From NCBI RefSeq assembly GCF_018398935.1, contig NZ_CP074694.1, positions 3,510,001 through 3,542,000 of the forward strand: DNA of 32,000 nucleotides, written 5' to 3'. Both the position numbers and the translations under genes were made by a program. This document shows, in pieces, positions 1 through 9,646 of the stretch; the first letter of the stretch is position 1; each line of letters opens with the position of its first letter. Source of the DNA: Telmatocola sphagniphila (lineage in GTDB: Bacteria; Planctomycetota; Planctomycetia; Gemmatales; Gemmataceae). The notes beneath the pieces are model-generated. The model saw nothing but the letters and a program-made list of their open reading frames with translations, was not told the DNA's origin and did not search any database.

Positions 1-1053
1 AAATTCGAACAGGCTTCGCTCTGGGAAGGCTTCATTGATGCCGCTTCCAGCGCCTCGCTTTCGGTTACACTTACCGAGGAGCAAAAACGGCTCGCCCTGC
101 AGATTTACGATCAATGGTCGCGAATCGAAATTACCGATGCCTCTCGTTTGTCTCGTCTGGGTTGGGTGATGTATAAGGTGGGTGACCTGTCGAAAGCCTC
201 GGCCACCATGGATCGCGCTTTGCGATTGAATCCGCCCGAACCGTCGGTCCGCAAAGAACTGGCGGGAGTGCTGGCGGCCCTGAAACGCAACACAGAAGCT
301 CTGGCACTCGTGAAGGATCTGCCCAACCTGAACTTTGCCGAACGCAATACGCTGGCCACCTTGCTGAGTGCCAATAAACGCTTCGACGAAGCCGAGGCAG
401 AATTGCGGACACTCGTCAAAGCCAAGCCGAACGATCCGGAACTGCGTCGCCAGTTGGCCGATGTATTGCTCTGGAACGGCCGCTATCAGGATGCCGAGGC
501 GATGTACGCCAATCTTCTGCGGAATATGCCGGCCAACACCGACGTCAAACTGGTTGAGGACGTGCAACTGAAGTTGGCCCAGACCTCCTTGTGGGGCGGC
601 AACGGACCTATCGCGGCAGAACGCTTCCAGGCTCTGATGAAGAAAGATGCCAACAATCCGGAATACATCGCCGGGTACATCGATTCGCTCTCGACGCTTA
701 AGGATATTAGCGCTGATCAGGAAAAGGCGATTCGGACCATCAACGCCAAGATTCAAACGCTCAAGACCAGCGAGACCGATCCGCAACGCATCGCAGACGT
801 TCAGAAACGGCTCCTGAGCAATATGGGCCGGATCATGGCGAAGTTGAGTCTGAAGTCACGCGACGGAGCTTTCGATAAAGCTCGTAGCCGACAGCTCTAC
901 ATGCAGGCCATTGCCATGGATCCGCAATCCCGGGCTCTCTGGCAACGTTATGCCCAATCGTTGTTCGACATGCGGGAATTCGGCGAGGCCGATCAGATCC
1001 TGACGTCGATCATCGCCGGGGATGTTCCCACCCTGCCCAAAAACGGAAATTGA
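1..1053 (+). CDS. TPR-repeat protein, 5'-partial (reading frame is open to the window edge)
   Basis: Frame 1 has no stop from nt 1 to the TGA at 1051-1053, so the track's TTG at 148 is only an internal codon. The protein is helical and A/L/N-rich with repeated ~34-aa TPR-like units (e.g. 'LGWVMYKVGDLSKASATMDRALRLNP', 'WQRYAQSLFDMREFGEADQIL'). A strong terminator follows. Confidence 0.6.
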   Translation, partial: KFEQASLWEGFIDAASSASLSVTLTEEQKRLALQIYDQWSRIEITDASRLSRLGWVMYKVGDLSKASATMDRALRLNPPEPSVRKELAGVLAALKRNTEALALVKDLPNLNFAERNTLATLLSANKRFDEAEAELRTLVKAKPNDPELRRQLADVLLWNGRYQDAEAMYANLLRNMPANTDVKLVEDVQLKLAQTSLWGGNGPIAAERFQALMKKDANNPEYIAGYIDSLSTLKDISADQEKAIRTINAKIQTLKTSETDPQRIADVQKRLLSNMGRIMAKLSLKSRDGAFDKARSRQLYMQAIAMDPQSRALWQRYAQSLFDMREFGEADQILTSIIAGDVPTLPKNGN

Positions 1054-1076
1054 TCCTTAAGCAATAATTCCTTGTC

Positions 1077-1126
1077 GGGCTTTCAGAGTTCTCGAGATCC
1101 GAAGACTCTGAAAGCCCTTCTTTTTT
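1077..1126 (+). terminator. Rho-independent terminator after the TPR gene
   Basis: Perfect 13-bp stem GGGCTTTCAGAGT (1077-1089) / ACTCTGAAAGCCC (1105-1117), followed directly by TTCTTTTTT (1118-1126). Confidence 0.8.
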
Positions 1127-1187
1127 AGCCGGAGCGCTCACTTCGAACTAATCTTATAAGTGTGAATTCCTTCCTCTGAGATCGGCG

Positions 1188-2186
1188 ATGACTACCTTTG
1201 CTCCCCTGCCCTTCGACCCGATTTTCAAACCCGCTCTCTGGGGCGGCCGAAAATTGAAACCGTTCTTCGGACTTCCCGCCACCGAGGAGGCTATCGGCGA
1301 GGCTTGGATTCTGTCCGATCAGGGGGATAACGCCAGCGTGGTGACTGACGGCCCCTGGCAGGGAAAAACGCTACGGGAACTCCTCGAAAGCCATCCGCAC
1401 GAATTGATCGGCTCCTCCAAACTGCCTGGCGGCCGTTTTCCGATTCTGCTGAAATTGATCGATGCAGCGGACAAGCTTTCCGTGCAGGTGCATCCCACCG
1501 ATGATTTATCGACTCGATTCCCTGCTCCCGACGGCAAGCCGCATCCGGGATTAGGTAAAACGGAAGCCTGGGTGATTCTGGAAGCCGCCAAGGACAGCGA
1601 GATCTACGCCGGTGTCAAGCCAGGTACAACAGCCGAGAGTATTCGCGACGATCTTAAAAAGGGTTCGATCACTAATTGGCTGCATGAATTCCATCCCAAG
1701 AGGGGTGACTGCCTGTTTCTGGAAGCGGGAACGGTACACGCCATCGGCAAGAAGATCTTTTTGTTCGAGATTCAGCAAACCAGCGATATTACTTATCGGT
1801 TGTTCGATTGGAATCGCGTGGATGCCAAGACGGGCAAGCCGCGCGATTTACATATCGAGCCGAGTCTGGCTTGCATCGATTATGCCCGAGGGCCGGTCGC
1901 ACCTGTGGTTCCCAAACTGGAACTCGAGCAGGAAGGGACCTGCGAGCGATTGGTCAGCTGCCGGTATTTCGAGCTCTGGCGCTGGTCGATGCAGCAGGAA
2001 TTCGCGGTCGGTGCCCCGGGCAAATGTCGCGTGGTGGTCTGTACGGGAGGAGCGGGAACGCTCCTTTCCAGCTCGCAGCAATTTGAGCTTAAACCGGGTT
2101 CGGTCTATTTGCTCCCGGCCGAATTAGGGGGAGTCTGGTGCATACCGGCGGGCACGATCGAGTTGATGGAATGCGGGATTCCGTGA
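1188..2186 (+). CDS. manA: Type I phosphomannose isomerase (mannose-6-phosphate isomerase, class I)
   Basis: ATG start, 332 aa. Family-typical blocks: 'KPALWGGRKL', 'GEAWILSD', 'FPILLKLIDAADKLSVQVHP', 'GKTEAWVILEA', 'GTVHAIG'. The cupin metal ligands (Q/H/E/H pattern) are recognisable. Confidence 0.8.
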   Translation: MTTFAPLPFDPIFKPALWGGRKLKPFFGLPATEEAIGEAWILSDQGDNASVVTDGPWQGKTLRELLESHPHELIGSSKLPGGRFPILLKLIDAADKLSVQVHPTDDLSTRFPAPDGKPHPGLGKTEAWVILEAAKDSEIYAGVKPGTTAESIRDDLKKGSITNWLHEFHPKRGDCLFLEAGTVHAIGKKIFLFEIQQTSDITYRLFDWNRVDAKTGKPRDLHIEPSLACIDYARGPVAPVVPKLELEQEGTCERLVSCRYFELWRWSMQQEFAVGAPGKCRVVVCTGGAGTLLSSSQQFELKPGSVYLLPAELGGVWCIPAGTIELMECGIP

Positions 2187-2286
2187 TACGGGATATAAGG
2201 AGTAGTGGAACGCGGTACGGAAGGATCCTTGGAAAAACACTCCATTCCCTAGTGAAAACGAGTTTTTTTGTTCCGGAAACTTTTTA

Positions 2287-2305
2287 GCAATGGCGGAGCC
2301 ATTGC
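2287..2305. terminator. Small hairpin between convergent manA and the dehydrogenase gene (possible terminator)
   Basis: GCAATGG (2287-2293) / CCATTGC (2299-2305) with a 5-nt loop. T/A runs lie nearby (TTTTTTT at ~2264-2270 on +) but are not directly adjacent. Confidence 0.25.
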
Positions 2306-2340
2306 CACCCAAATGCAAACAAGCAAGTCAAAGCCCGTAT

Positions 2341-5283
2341 CTATTTCAAACTCTCCAGAAACTCCACCAGATCCGCGGCCTGCTGCGGCGTTAAATCCCG
2401 GACCAGACCTTCAGGCATCAAGGAAATCGAACTGATCGCACTCTTTTCAATGTCCTGGGTAGCGATCGTCGTTTCCTGATTTTTCGCATCCTTCAAAGTA
2501 ATCGAATTGCCAGATTTTCGGACCACCAGACCGCTAATCTGCTTCCCCTCCATCGTCGAAATTTGCAGCACCTGATACTCCTGCTCGATTCGTCGAGACG
2601 GCAAAAGGATGCTTTCCAGGAGTTCGGCTTTTCGACGCTTGGCGCCAATTTTGGTTAACTCCGGCCCGACATTTAGGCCTTTCTCGCCGATCTTATGACA
2701 GGAGATGCACTGCAAGGATTCTCGAAAGAAAAGAGCCTTGCCTCGCTCAACATCCCCTACTAATGCAAGAATTTTTTGAGGTTTCGGATTCGAACCCAGC
2801 TTGCGTTCTCCGGGTTCCAGCGGGAAATACCCCTCGAACAGATCTTTTACAAACCCATCGGAAGTTTGTCGAGCTTCATTCACCAAGCGCAGTCGTTGTT
2901 CCTTCGTGAAATCCTTCCAATTCAAAATCGCTTGTAATGCCGACGTGGAGTCCTGGGTGCCCGGCGCCGTAGTGGCTTGCTCGGATTTCAACGATTGGAT
3001 CCAGGCCGCAACGAGACGAGCACCGGCCAGGTCGGGCCAATCACTGGCCAGATGCGGCATCCGGCCACTACCGAATTTCGATAGGCGGTAGGCCAAGATA
3101 CTTTTCTCCGGATGTCCCGGATAAATCAGCTGACCCTCCTTGATATTGAAGCTGCCCTGCTGAGGAACAACTCCAATTGCTTTCATCTCCTCTTTTTTCA
3201 TTTCCGCATTGAGCACTACTTGAACGGAACCGCCGCCGCCGAAGCGATGGCAATGGCCGCAGTTGGCGTGCAAATAGGCCCGGGCGCGCGCTTCCAGAGG
3301 TTCAGTTTCCGAGGCAGGGTTCGCTAAACGATTTGAAATCTTCAGCAATTCGGGCGAAGCCTGAGGGATATTTTTTCCCTGCTTGTCAAACCGCTTGAGT
3401 AAATCCAGCGAGCACAATTTTTTCAGTGATGTCTTTTGCAGTTGCGGAATCTGAAAACCGAGCGTGCCTTCCGCCCAGGAGTTGTGGCATTGCAGGCACT
3501 GGGCCCGGCTCAGATAGTTCCAGGTCAGCCTGCGTTTGGGATAGGGAAGTGAAGCATCGGTAATCTCGAAATCCTTATCGGCTCCCTCGCCCGAGACTAA
3601 ATCGGCATCCGACTGATCGTCTCGCCAGGCATAGGAATAACCGCGGAATTGCTCTCCGTCGAAATGCAGCAGTTGTGTTTCTACACGCCGTCGGGTTTTC
3701 GGATTGCCAACCTCGGTTTCGAGAGAAATCGTTTTGACATAAACGGCATCCTTGGGCGGGTGCAGCTGATAGTTGTGCCAGACCACCTGGCCGGGGATGG
3801 GTCGCGGTTCATCGTACCAATTGATTGCACTAGCCCCGGGTAGAGCGACTAAGCGCTGAGCGGTGGCTCCATCCTGCCACTGGGGTGACTGGATCTCGAA
3901 TTCATACACACCCTCGGACGGGATATGATTGGGAACATCTTTGAATAGTCCGCTGGCACTGAGTGTTCTTGGGAATTTCTTCCAGCTATCGCCCTCGACT
4001 TTATTGGCGGCGAGTGTGTAGAGGCCCCCATTATCGTAGTCGAGAACGTACACTTCACCGTCGCCATCTTCGCCGAAAGCCACTACGCGTATAGTCGGAT
4101 CGGCAATCTCCTCCAATTTCTCAAGATTCATCCCCCGCACTTGCGCGGCCCAAAGCCTTTTGGTTTCCCAGTCGCCAAAGACATATTTGCCAAGCAACTG
4201 GGGGAACTTCTTGCCTCGGTAAACGTAACCGCCCGTGATGCTGGCGGCCATGGTGTGCGGCAACTCGATTACCGGAGGAATAATCGCCCCGGGGCCGCGC
4301 GGCCAGGAAGTATTGATGGGTTGGCTGGCTTCCATGATGCTCCAGCCGTAGTTGCCGCCGCGGGTGACTTTGTGAATCATCTCCCAGAGTTCCCAACCGA
4401 CATCGCCGACCCACAACTCTCCTGTCTGCCTGTCGAAACTCATCTTCCAGGGATTGCGGAAACCGAAGGCCCAGATCTCCGGACGGATTTCTTTTCCGTC
4501 GTACTGTTTCTGACCGATGAAAGGATTGTCCTTGGGAATCGAGTATTTTTTGCCCTGCACCGGATGATGCACGTCGATGCGCAAAACGCAACAGAGCAGA
4601 TCGGAATTGTCCTGGCCGGTCTTGTGGGAATCGGGTGGGCTGGGATCGGCCGAGTCGCCGGTAGAGATATAGAGGTAACCATCCGGCCCAAACTGCAGGC
4701 AGGCACCGTTATGGCCTCCTTCGAGATAAGTGATCAATATCTCTTCTGATTGCGCCTCGATCCTCGGCGTGGCTCCTTCTTTTAACGAGAAGCGGGAAAC
4801 GCGAGTTCCCTCCGGCCAGTTCTTTACATCCCCATCGCCCTTGACCGTGTAGCTGAGATAGACGAAGTGATTGGTCGAAAACTTCGGATCGAAGACTATG
4901 CCAAAAAGTTGATCGACGCGCTTGGCTCCTTTCGTCTGAGCCATGGTCGTGCATTCTTTTCGCAAATCGATGAGGAGCTTCGGCTTGGCGTCTTGATCGG
5001 GGTTATAAGAGAAGACTTTGCCGTCCTGCTCGGTAACTACAGCGTGGCGTGTCCCCGGAATGAAAGTGACCGCGGTAGGATGGTAGAACTGGACCTCTTT
5101 TCCTACTCTTTCCAACTTAAATGGCGGCGGAGGCTCGGGACTGCCTTGAATGTGCGAAGACTGCCACGGCACGCGCTTAAGAGGTGCTGAATCGGCCCCC
5201 GCTACAGATCGTTCAATAGCAAATTGCTGCGCGATCAGGACAGCGATAAGAGTGACTAAGCCTGCGACGAAAGCTGTACGCAT
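2341..5283 (-). CDS. Secreted PQQ-dependent sugar dehydrogenase (GSDH-like beta-propeller) fused to three c-type haem-binding (CxxCH) modules
   Basis: The preferred start is the ATG at 5283, giving 'MRTAFVAGLVTLIAVLIAQQF' (signal/anchor); the track's start at 5370 is a TTG. The N-terminal half looks like a glucose/sorbosone-dehydrogenase propeller ('HNGACLQFGPDGYLYISTGD', 'FGFRNPWKMSFD', 'GDVGWELWEMI'). Three CxxCH motifs are present: CLQCH, CGHCH and CISCH. The last sits in a C-terminal 'CISCHKIGEKGLNVGPELTKIG' domain resembling the Pirellula/Verrucomicrobium-type haem-binding domain. Confidence 0.75.
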   Translation of the reverse strand: MRTAFVAGLVTLIAVLIAQQFAIERSVAGADSAPLKRVPWQSSHIQGSPEPPPPFKLERVGKEVQFYHPTAVTFIPGTRHAVVTEQDGKVFSYNPDQDAKPKLLIDLRKECTTMAQTKGAKRVDQLFGIVFDPKFSTNHFVYLSYTVKGDGDVKNWPEGTRVSRFSLKEGATPRIEAQSEEILITYLEGGHNGACLQFGPDGYLYISTGDSADPSPPDSHKTGQDNSDLLCCVLRIDVHHPVQGKKYSIPKDNPFIGQKQYDGKEIRPEIWAFGFRNPWKMSFDRQTGELWVGDVGWELWEMIHKVTRGGNYGWSIMEASQPINTSWPRGPGAIIPPVIELPHTMAASITGGYVYRGKKFPQLLGKYVFGDWETKRLWAAQVRGMNLEKLEEIADPTIRVVAFGEDGDGEVYVLDYDNGGLYTLAANKVEGDSWKKFPRTLSASGLFKDVPNHIPSEGVYEFEIQSPQWQDGATAQRLVALPGASAINWYDEPRPIPGQVVWHNYQLHPPKDAVYVKTISLETEVGNPKTRRRVETQLLHFDGEQFRGYSYAWRDDQSDADLVSGEGADKDFEITDASLPYPKRRLTWNYLSRAQCLQCHNSWAEGTLGFQIPQLQKTSLKKLCSLDLLKRFDKQGKNIPQASPELLKISNRLANPASETEPLEARARAYLHANCGHCHRFGGGGSVQVVLNAEMKKEEMKAIGVVPQQGSFNIKEGQLIYPGHPEKSILAYRLSKFGSGRMPHLASDWPDLAGARLVAAWIQSLKSEQATTAPGTQDSTSALQAILNWKDFTKEQRLRLVNEARQTSDGFVKDLFEGYFPLEPGERKLGSNPKPQKILALVGDVERGKALFFRESLQCISCHKIGEKGLNVGPELTKIGAKRRKAELLESILLPSRRIEQEYQVLQISTMEGKQISGLVVRKSGNSITLKDAKNQETTIATQDIEKSAISSISLMPEGLVRDLTPQQAADLVEFLESLK

Positions 5284-5413
5284 CTCAAAAGCCCGGAGAG
5301 AGGGGAATTTATCAATTACTGCGTAAACCCATGATAGGCCAAGATTAGACGGAAGTCCGCCGGGTTGCAACCGGAATCGGATGAGATTGCAGCCGGGATA
5401 GTGGGCGAAACGG

Positions 5414-7573
5414 CTATTTTTTCTTGCGGACGCGAATGACTGAGGGAGGTTTAGTCCCCTCCACCTTCTCCGGTTCGGGAGGCGTCGCCGCTTTACGGTC
5501 GGCGATCTCCATGAATCGACTCTGGCTGCGAAGCGGCGTCTCGCCTTCTTTCAATACAACTTTGCGGTAGGACCCATCGGGCATGAGTTCGCGGGCCTTA
5601 ACGTTATCCGCCATCGTATAGGCCAGAATTTCATCGATCACCCGCTTCTTCAAATCGGGTTGTTCGATCGGGAAAACCACTTCCACCCGTCGGCTCAGAT
5701 TGCGATCCATCCAGTCGGCGGAGCCGATATAGACCTGCGGATCGCCGCCATTGCCGAAATAGAAGATTCGCGAGTGTTCGAGGAATCGATCGACGATGGA
5801 GATGACTCGAATATTTTCGCTGACACCCGGTATTCCGGCACGTAAAGCGCATATTCCCCGGCAGGCGATATCGATCTTCACGCCGGCTTGGCTAGCACGG
5901 TAGAGAGCCTTGATCACGGCCGGTTCCAGAAGGCCATTGATTTTGACGCGAATCCGGCCCACTTTTCCCGATTTCTGGAATGCCGCTTCCTTGTCGATGC
6001 TTTCGATCATGAAATCCTGCATACGGGAAGGCGCGACGATCAACTTCTTCCAGTGCGGCAGTTCGCTATATCCGGTCAGGTAATTGAATAGTGCGGAGAC
6101 ATCCTCCGCGAAATCGGTGTTGCATGTGAAAAAGCCGAGATCGGTATAGAAGCGGGCCGTCTGAGGGTTATAATTGCCGGTCGAAAGGTGAACGTAGCGG
6201 CGAATACCGTCTTCCTCTTTCCGGACGACCAGGGCCACCTTACAGTGGGTCTTTAAGCCCACGAATCCGAAGACAACATGCACTCCCGATTTCTCGAGTT
6301 CGCGAGCCCAGAGGATATTGCGTTCTTCATCGAGTCTCGCCTTCAGCTCAATGACGGCGGTAACCTGCTTCCCCGCATCGGCCGCGCGTTGCAGGGCACG
6401 AACGATCGGCGAGTCGCTGCTGGTTCGGTAAAGGGTCTGTTTAATCGCAAGCACCCGTTCATCGGCTGCGGCAGCTTCAATGAAATCGACCGTGTGATTG
6501 AACGATTCGTACGGATGATGAACCAGGATGTCTTTGGCACGGATGGCCGCGAAGTGGTTAGCCGCCCGGGTGAAATCGGTAACAGACTGCGGCACGTGCT
6601 GCGGATCGCGGAGATTGGCGAAGCCAGGCAGCGAATAGATCTGAAACAGGCACGTCAGATCAATCAGGCCAGGTATGCGGTAAACATCCGCCTGCTCCAG
6701 GTGTAGAGCCGTAGTCAGGAACTGTTCGATCTCCGCCGGGCCGTCTTTTTCAATTTCCAACCGCACGGCATTACCCCGCCGTCGCTTCCGGACTTCTTCC
6801 TCGATCGCCTTCAGCAAGTCCTCGACTTCCTCGTCGTCGATTTCGTATTCGCTGTCGCGAGTCACGCGGAAGATCGTCGAATGATCGATCTGCATTCCCG
6901 GAAACAGCTCTTCCATATTTAGACGGATGACGGTTTCCAAGGGCAATAAAGCATAGCCGGTTTCGATCGGCAATGAGATGAATCGAGGTAGTACGGAGGG
7001 GACCTGAACCACCGCAATCTTCTTATCGGGATGTTTGGGTCGTTGTAAGACTACGGCGAGATTGAGCGACTTATTCAACAAGTGCGGGAAGGGATGACCG
7101 GGATCTACGGCGAGCGGCGTGAGTACGGGAAAGACTTCTTTCCGATAGTATTCCTGAACGAACTTCCGTTCGGCCTCGCTTAAATCCTGTTGCGTACGGA
7201 TATGAACGCCCGCGGATTCCAGAGCGGGAAGAATCTCTTTCGACTTCACTTCATATTGAGTGTTCAGGCACTGCCGAACAATCTTGCCGATCTGCTCGAG
7301 CTGAATGCGCGGCAATAATTTATCGGCTCCGAAGGAGCGGTTGATCCCAGCCTGCACCTTACGCTGCAAACCGCCGACGCGAACCATGAAAAACTCATCG
7401 AGATTCGACGAATAGATGGCCAGGAATTTCAACCGTTCCATAACCGGAACGCTGGGATCCAGGGCTTCCTCCAGCACCCGCCGGTTGAACTCCAGCCAAC
7501 TCCGTTCGCGATTGATGTAGAGGGAAGGATCATCCAGGCTCGACGGTGGTGTATCTATAATCGGAAGGGACAT
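5414..7573 (-). CDS. ppk: Polyphosphate kinase 1
   Basis: 719 aa with an ATG start. The N-terminus 'YINRERSWLEFNRRVLEEA' and the PLD-like C-terminal domains ('HCKVALVVRKE', 'RFLEHSRIFYF') are classic PPK1. Confidence 0.95.
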   Translation of the reverse strand: MSLPIIDTPPSSLDDPSLYINRERSWLEFNRRVLEEALDPSVPVMERLKFLAIYSSNLDEFFMVRVGGLQRKVQAGINRSFGADKLLPRIQLEQIGKIVRQCLNTQYEVKSKEILPALESAGVHIRTQQDLSEAERKFVQEYYRKEVFPVLTPLAVDPGHPFPHLLNKSLNLAVVLQRPKHPDKKIAVVQVPSVLPRFISLPIETGYALLPLETVIRLNMEELFPGMQIDHSTIFRVTRDSEYEIDDEEVEDLLKAIEEEVRKRRRGNAVRLEIEKDGPAEIEQFLTTALHLEQADVYRIPGLIDLTCLFQIYSLPGFANLRDPQHVPQSVTDFTRAANHFAAIRAKDILVHHPYESFNHTVDFIEAAAADERVLAIKQTLYRTSSDSPIVRALQRAADAGKQVTAVIELKARLDEERNILWARELEKSGVHVVFGFVGLKTHCKVALVVRKEEDGIRRYVHLSTGNYNPQTARFYTDLGFFTCNTDFAEDVSALFNYLTGYSELPHWKKLIVAPSRMQDFMIESIDKEAAFQKSGKVGRIRVKINGLLEPAVIKALYRASQAGVKIDIACRGICALRAGIPGVSENIRVISIVDRFLEHSRIFYFGNGGDPQVYIGSADWMDRNLSRRVEVVFPIEQPDLKKRVIDEILAYTMADNVKARELMPDGSYRKVVLKEGETPLRSQSRFMEIADRKAATPPEPEKVEGTKPPSVIRVRKKK

Positions 7574-7611
7574 TTTTACGTTTCTATTAGAGAAGATGTC
7601 ATGCTAGAAGT

Positions 7612-8550
7612 TTACGAATTCAACGCGGGTTTGGCGGCTCGGGCGCGCGGTTGATGCTTCCATCGCCGGTGCAACCAGAAGTATTGTTCGGGGTGACGTC
7701 GGATCAAGCGTTCCAACGATTTGTTGTAGCGCTCTGTCAGCAGCCGGACTCCATCGGGCAAATGGGCATACTGTCGCGGTTCGATGACATCCTCGACCTC
7801 CACGCAAAAGAAGAGCGGTTCCTTTATTCGCGGCACGCCCACGATCACCATTCGGGTATCGAACTCCATAGCCATCAGAGCCACCGCTTTGTGGGTGGAA
7901 GCGGGCCGGTTGAAGAAGTCGACGAAGAGACCTTTCTGTCCGGCATCCTGATCGCCCAGGGTGGCAAGTTTGCCTCCGGCGCCCAAAATTTCTGTGATGC
8001 GATCGAAATCTCCCTTCTTGGCCAGGATGGTCTGGCCGGTTTTTTGACGGAACTTTTTCAAGTAGACTTCGAGATAAGGGTTATCGAGCGTCCGGGCGAT
8101 TGCGTAGCTTTTCAATCCCAGCAGGCCGAGCACATAACCGGCAATTTCCCAATTGCCGTAATGGGCCGTTACCAAAAGTACCGGCTTTTTCGGCTCGATC
8201 AGATCGCAAAGGATATCGGTCGGGATTTTCAGTTGAATGTACTTGATCCAGTTATGGACGTGGAGCTTGCGGCTGAAGACGATCATTTCCACCAGCATCA
8301 GGCAGAGATGCCTATAAACTTTTCGCACGAGTTTTTTTCGTTCGTCCTCCGATAATTCGGGTAGTGCATACCGGAGATTTTCCAGGGCCACGAGCCGGTG
8401 CCGCTTATCGGCGAAATGCAGGAATTGAGCCAGGATTTTGGCAAACGCCATGCTAATCGATAGTGGTACGGCCTGAATGACACCGATCACCACGCGGACG
8501 GCCAGATAAACCAGCCAGTCGACCCAGAGCGACCGAACTTTCGCAGCCAT
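7612..8550 (-). CDS. Lysophospholipid/lipid A late acyltransferase family protein (LpxL/HtrB-like)
   Basis: 312 aa with an N-terminal TM helix ('WLVYLAVRVVIGVIQAV'). It carries the family catalytic block 'TAHYGNWEIAG' (HxxxxE) and has the size typical of Kdo2-lipid IVA acyltransferases. Confidence 0.7.
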   Translation of the reverse strand: MAAKVRSLWVDWLVYLAVRVVIGVIQAVPLSISMAFAKILAQFLHFADKRHRLVALENLRYALPELSEDERKKLVRKVYRHLCLMLVEMIVFSRKLHVHNWIKYIQLKIPTDILCDLIEPKKPVLLVTAHYGNWEIAGYVLGLLGLKSYAIARTLDNPYLEVYLKKFRQKTGQTILAKKGDFDRITEILGAGGKLATLGDQDAGQKGLFVDFFNRPASTHKAVALMAMEFDTRMVIVGVPRIKEPLFFCVEVEDVIEPRQYAHLPDGVRLLTERYNKSLERLIRRHPEQYFWLHRRWKHQPRARAAKPALNS

Positions 8551-8578
8551 AACACCTTCCGTGGATATTCGAAACTCG

Positions 8579-9634
8579 CTACTTCATTTCGACGACACGT
8601 CCTGTTCGCATCGATTCATAGATGGAACAGATCAAAGCGACCGCCTTGCGCCCTTCGGCTCCATCTACCTGGGGTCTGCCGTTTGTTTCGATGGCCCGCA
8701 CGAAATCAGCTAACTGGCGAGCATGCCCCTGATGCGAGATGGCTTTAGGATCGGCCGAACCGCCCGATGCGCCCAACTTCACGGCAAATTTCGCTTTGAT
8801 GAAATCATCTTCCGGAGTGGGCGGGTTGAAGTCCCATCTGAGGATGTCTTCCTGCTCGATCGCCGCACTGCCCCGATTGCCATGGATCGCGATAGTTTTG
8901 GGAAGACCGGGATAAACGGAAGTCGCTGCCTGAATGACCCCGAGTGCTCCGTTGCGAAAACGCAGACAGGCCACGGCGGTATCCTCGACCTCAATGCGTT
9001 CGTGAGCCAGAGTGGCCGTGAAGCCGGAGACGTGAGTCGCATCCCCCATCATCCAGAGCAGAAGATCGACATTGTGGATCGCCTGATTCATGAGGGCGCC
9101 GCCGCCATCGAGTGTCTGAGTTCCTTTCCAGCCTCCCTCATCATAATAAGCTTGGGAACGCCACCATTTGCAAGTTGTTTCACCCAGTGTGAGTCGGCCG
9201 AAACGCCCCGCCGTCACGGCATTCTTCAGAGCCATGTTGGCATCATGGAAGCGCGAGGGGAAAATTGTGCAGAGGAGCACGCGGTTTTTGCTGCAGGCGT
9301 CGATGATGCGATCGCAACGCTCCGGCGTAATTTCCAGTGGCTTCTCGACGATAACGTGCTTGCCAGCTGCAGCGGCCAGGATTGCAGATTCCAGATGGGC
9401 GCCGCTGGCCGTGCAGATGATGACGGCATGAACATCGGTACGGGTCAGCATCGACTTGATATCGGCGAAAATCGGGCAGGGAGACAGGCCGGTTTCTTGT
9501 AGGAGTTTCTCGGCGTTAGCTGGATTCCGACTGACGAGAGCCGCCAAACGGGTGCCGGGTATTTCAGCTAGCGCCCGGGCGTGAAAACGAGCAATCATCC
9601 CGCAGCCCACAATCGCAAATCCCAAAGCGGACAT
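8579..9634 (-). CDS. Gfo/Idh/MocA family NAD(P)-dependent oxidoreductase
   Basis: 351 aa. N-terminal Rossmann motif 'FAIVGCGMIARFHARAL', the 'VIVEKPL' block and a C-terminal alpha/beta dimerisation domain. Confidence 0.85.
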   Translation of the reverse strand: MSALGFAIVGCGMIARFHARALAEIPGTRLAALVSRNPANAEKLLQETGLSPCPIFADIKSMLTRTDVHAVIICTASGAHLESAILAAAAGKHVIVEKPLEITPERCDRIIDACSKNRVLLCTIFPSRFHDANMALKNAVTAGRFGRLTLGETTCKWWRSQAYYDEGGWKGTQTLDGGGALMNQAIHNVDLLLWMMGDATHVSGFTATLAHERIEVEDTAVACLRFRNGALGVIQAATSVYPGLPKTIAIHGNRGSAAIEQEDILRWDFNPPTPEDDFIKAKFAVKLGASGGSADPKAISHQGHARQLADFVRAIETNGRPQVDGAEGRKAVALICSIYESMRTGRVVEMK

Positions 9635-9646
9635 AACGGCCCTTAA

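Noticed and set aside
4141-4749. Long antisense or out-of-frame ORFs inside well-supported genes: 4141..4749 +, 7651..8355 +, 8723..9502 +, 14054..14680 -, 17326..17904 +, 21785..22279 +, 28019..28681 +, 1612..2127 +
   Set aside because: Each is fully embedded in a gene with clear family signatures on the other strand or frame. Each has the R/G/P/S-rich composition typical of off-frame translation, and none shows a recognisable motif.
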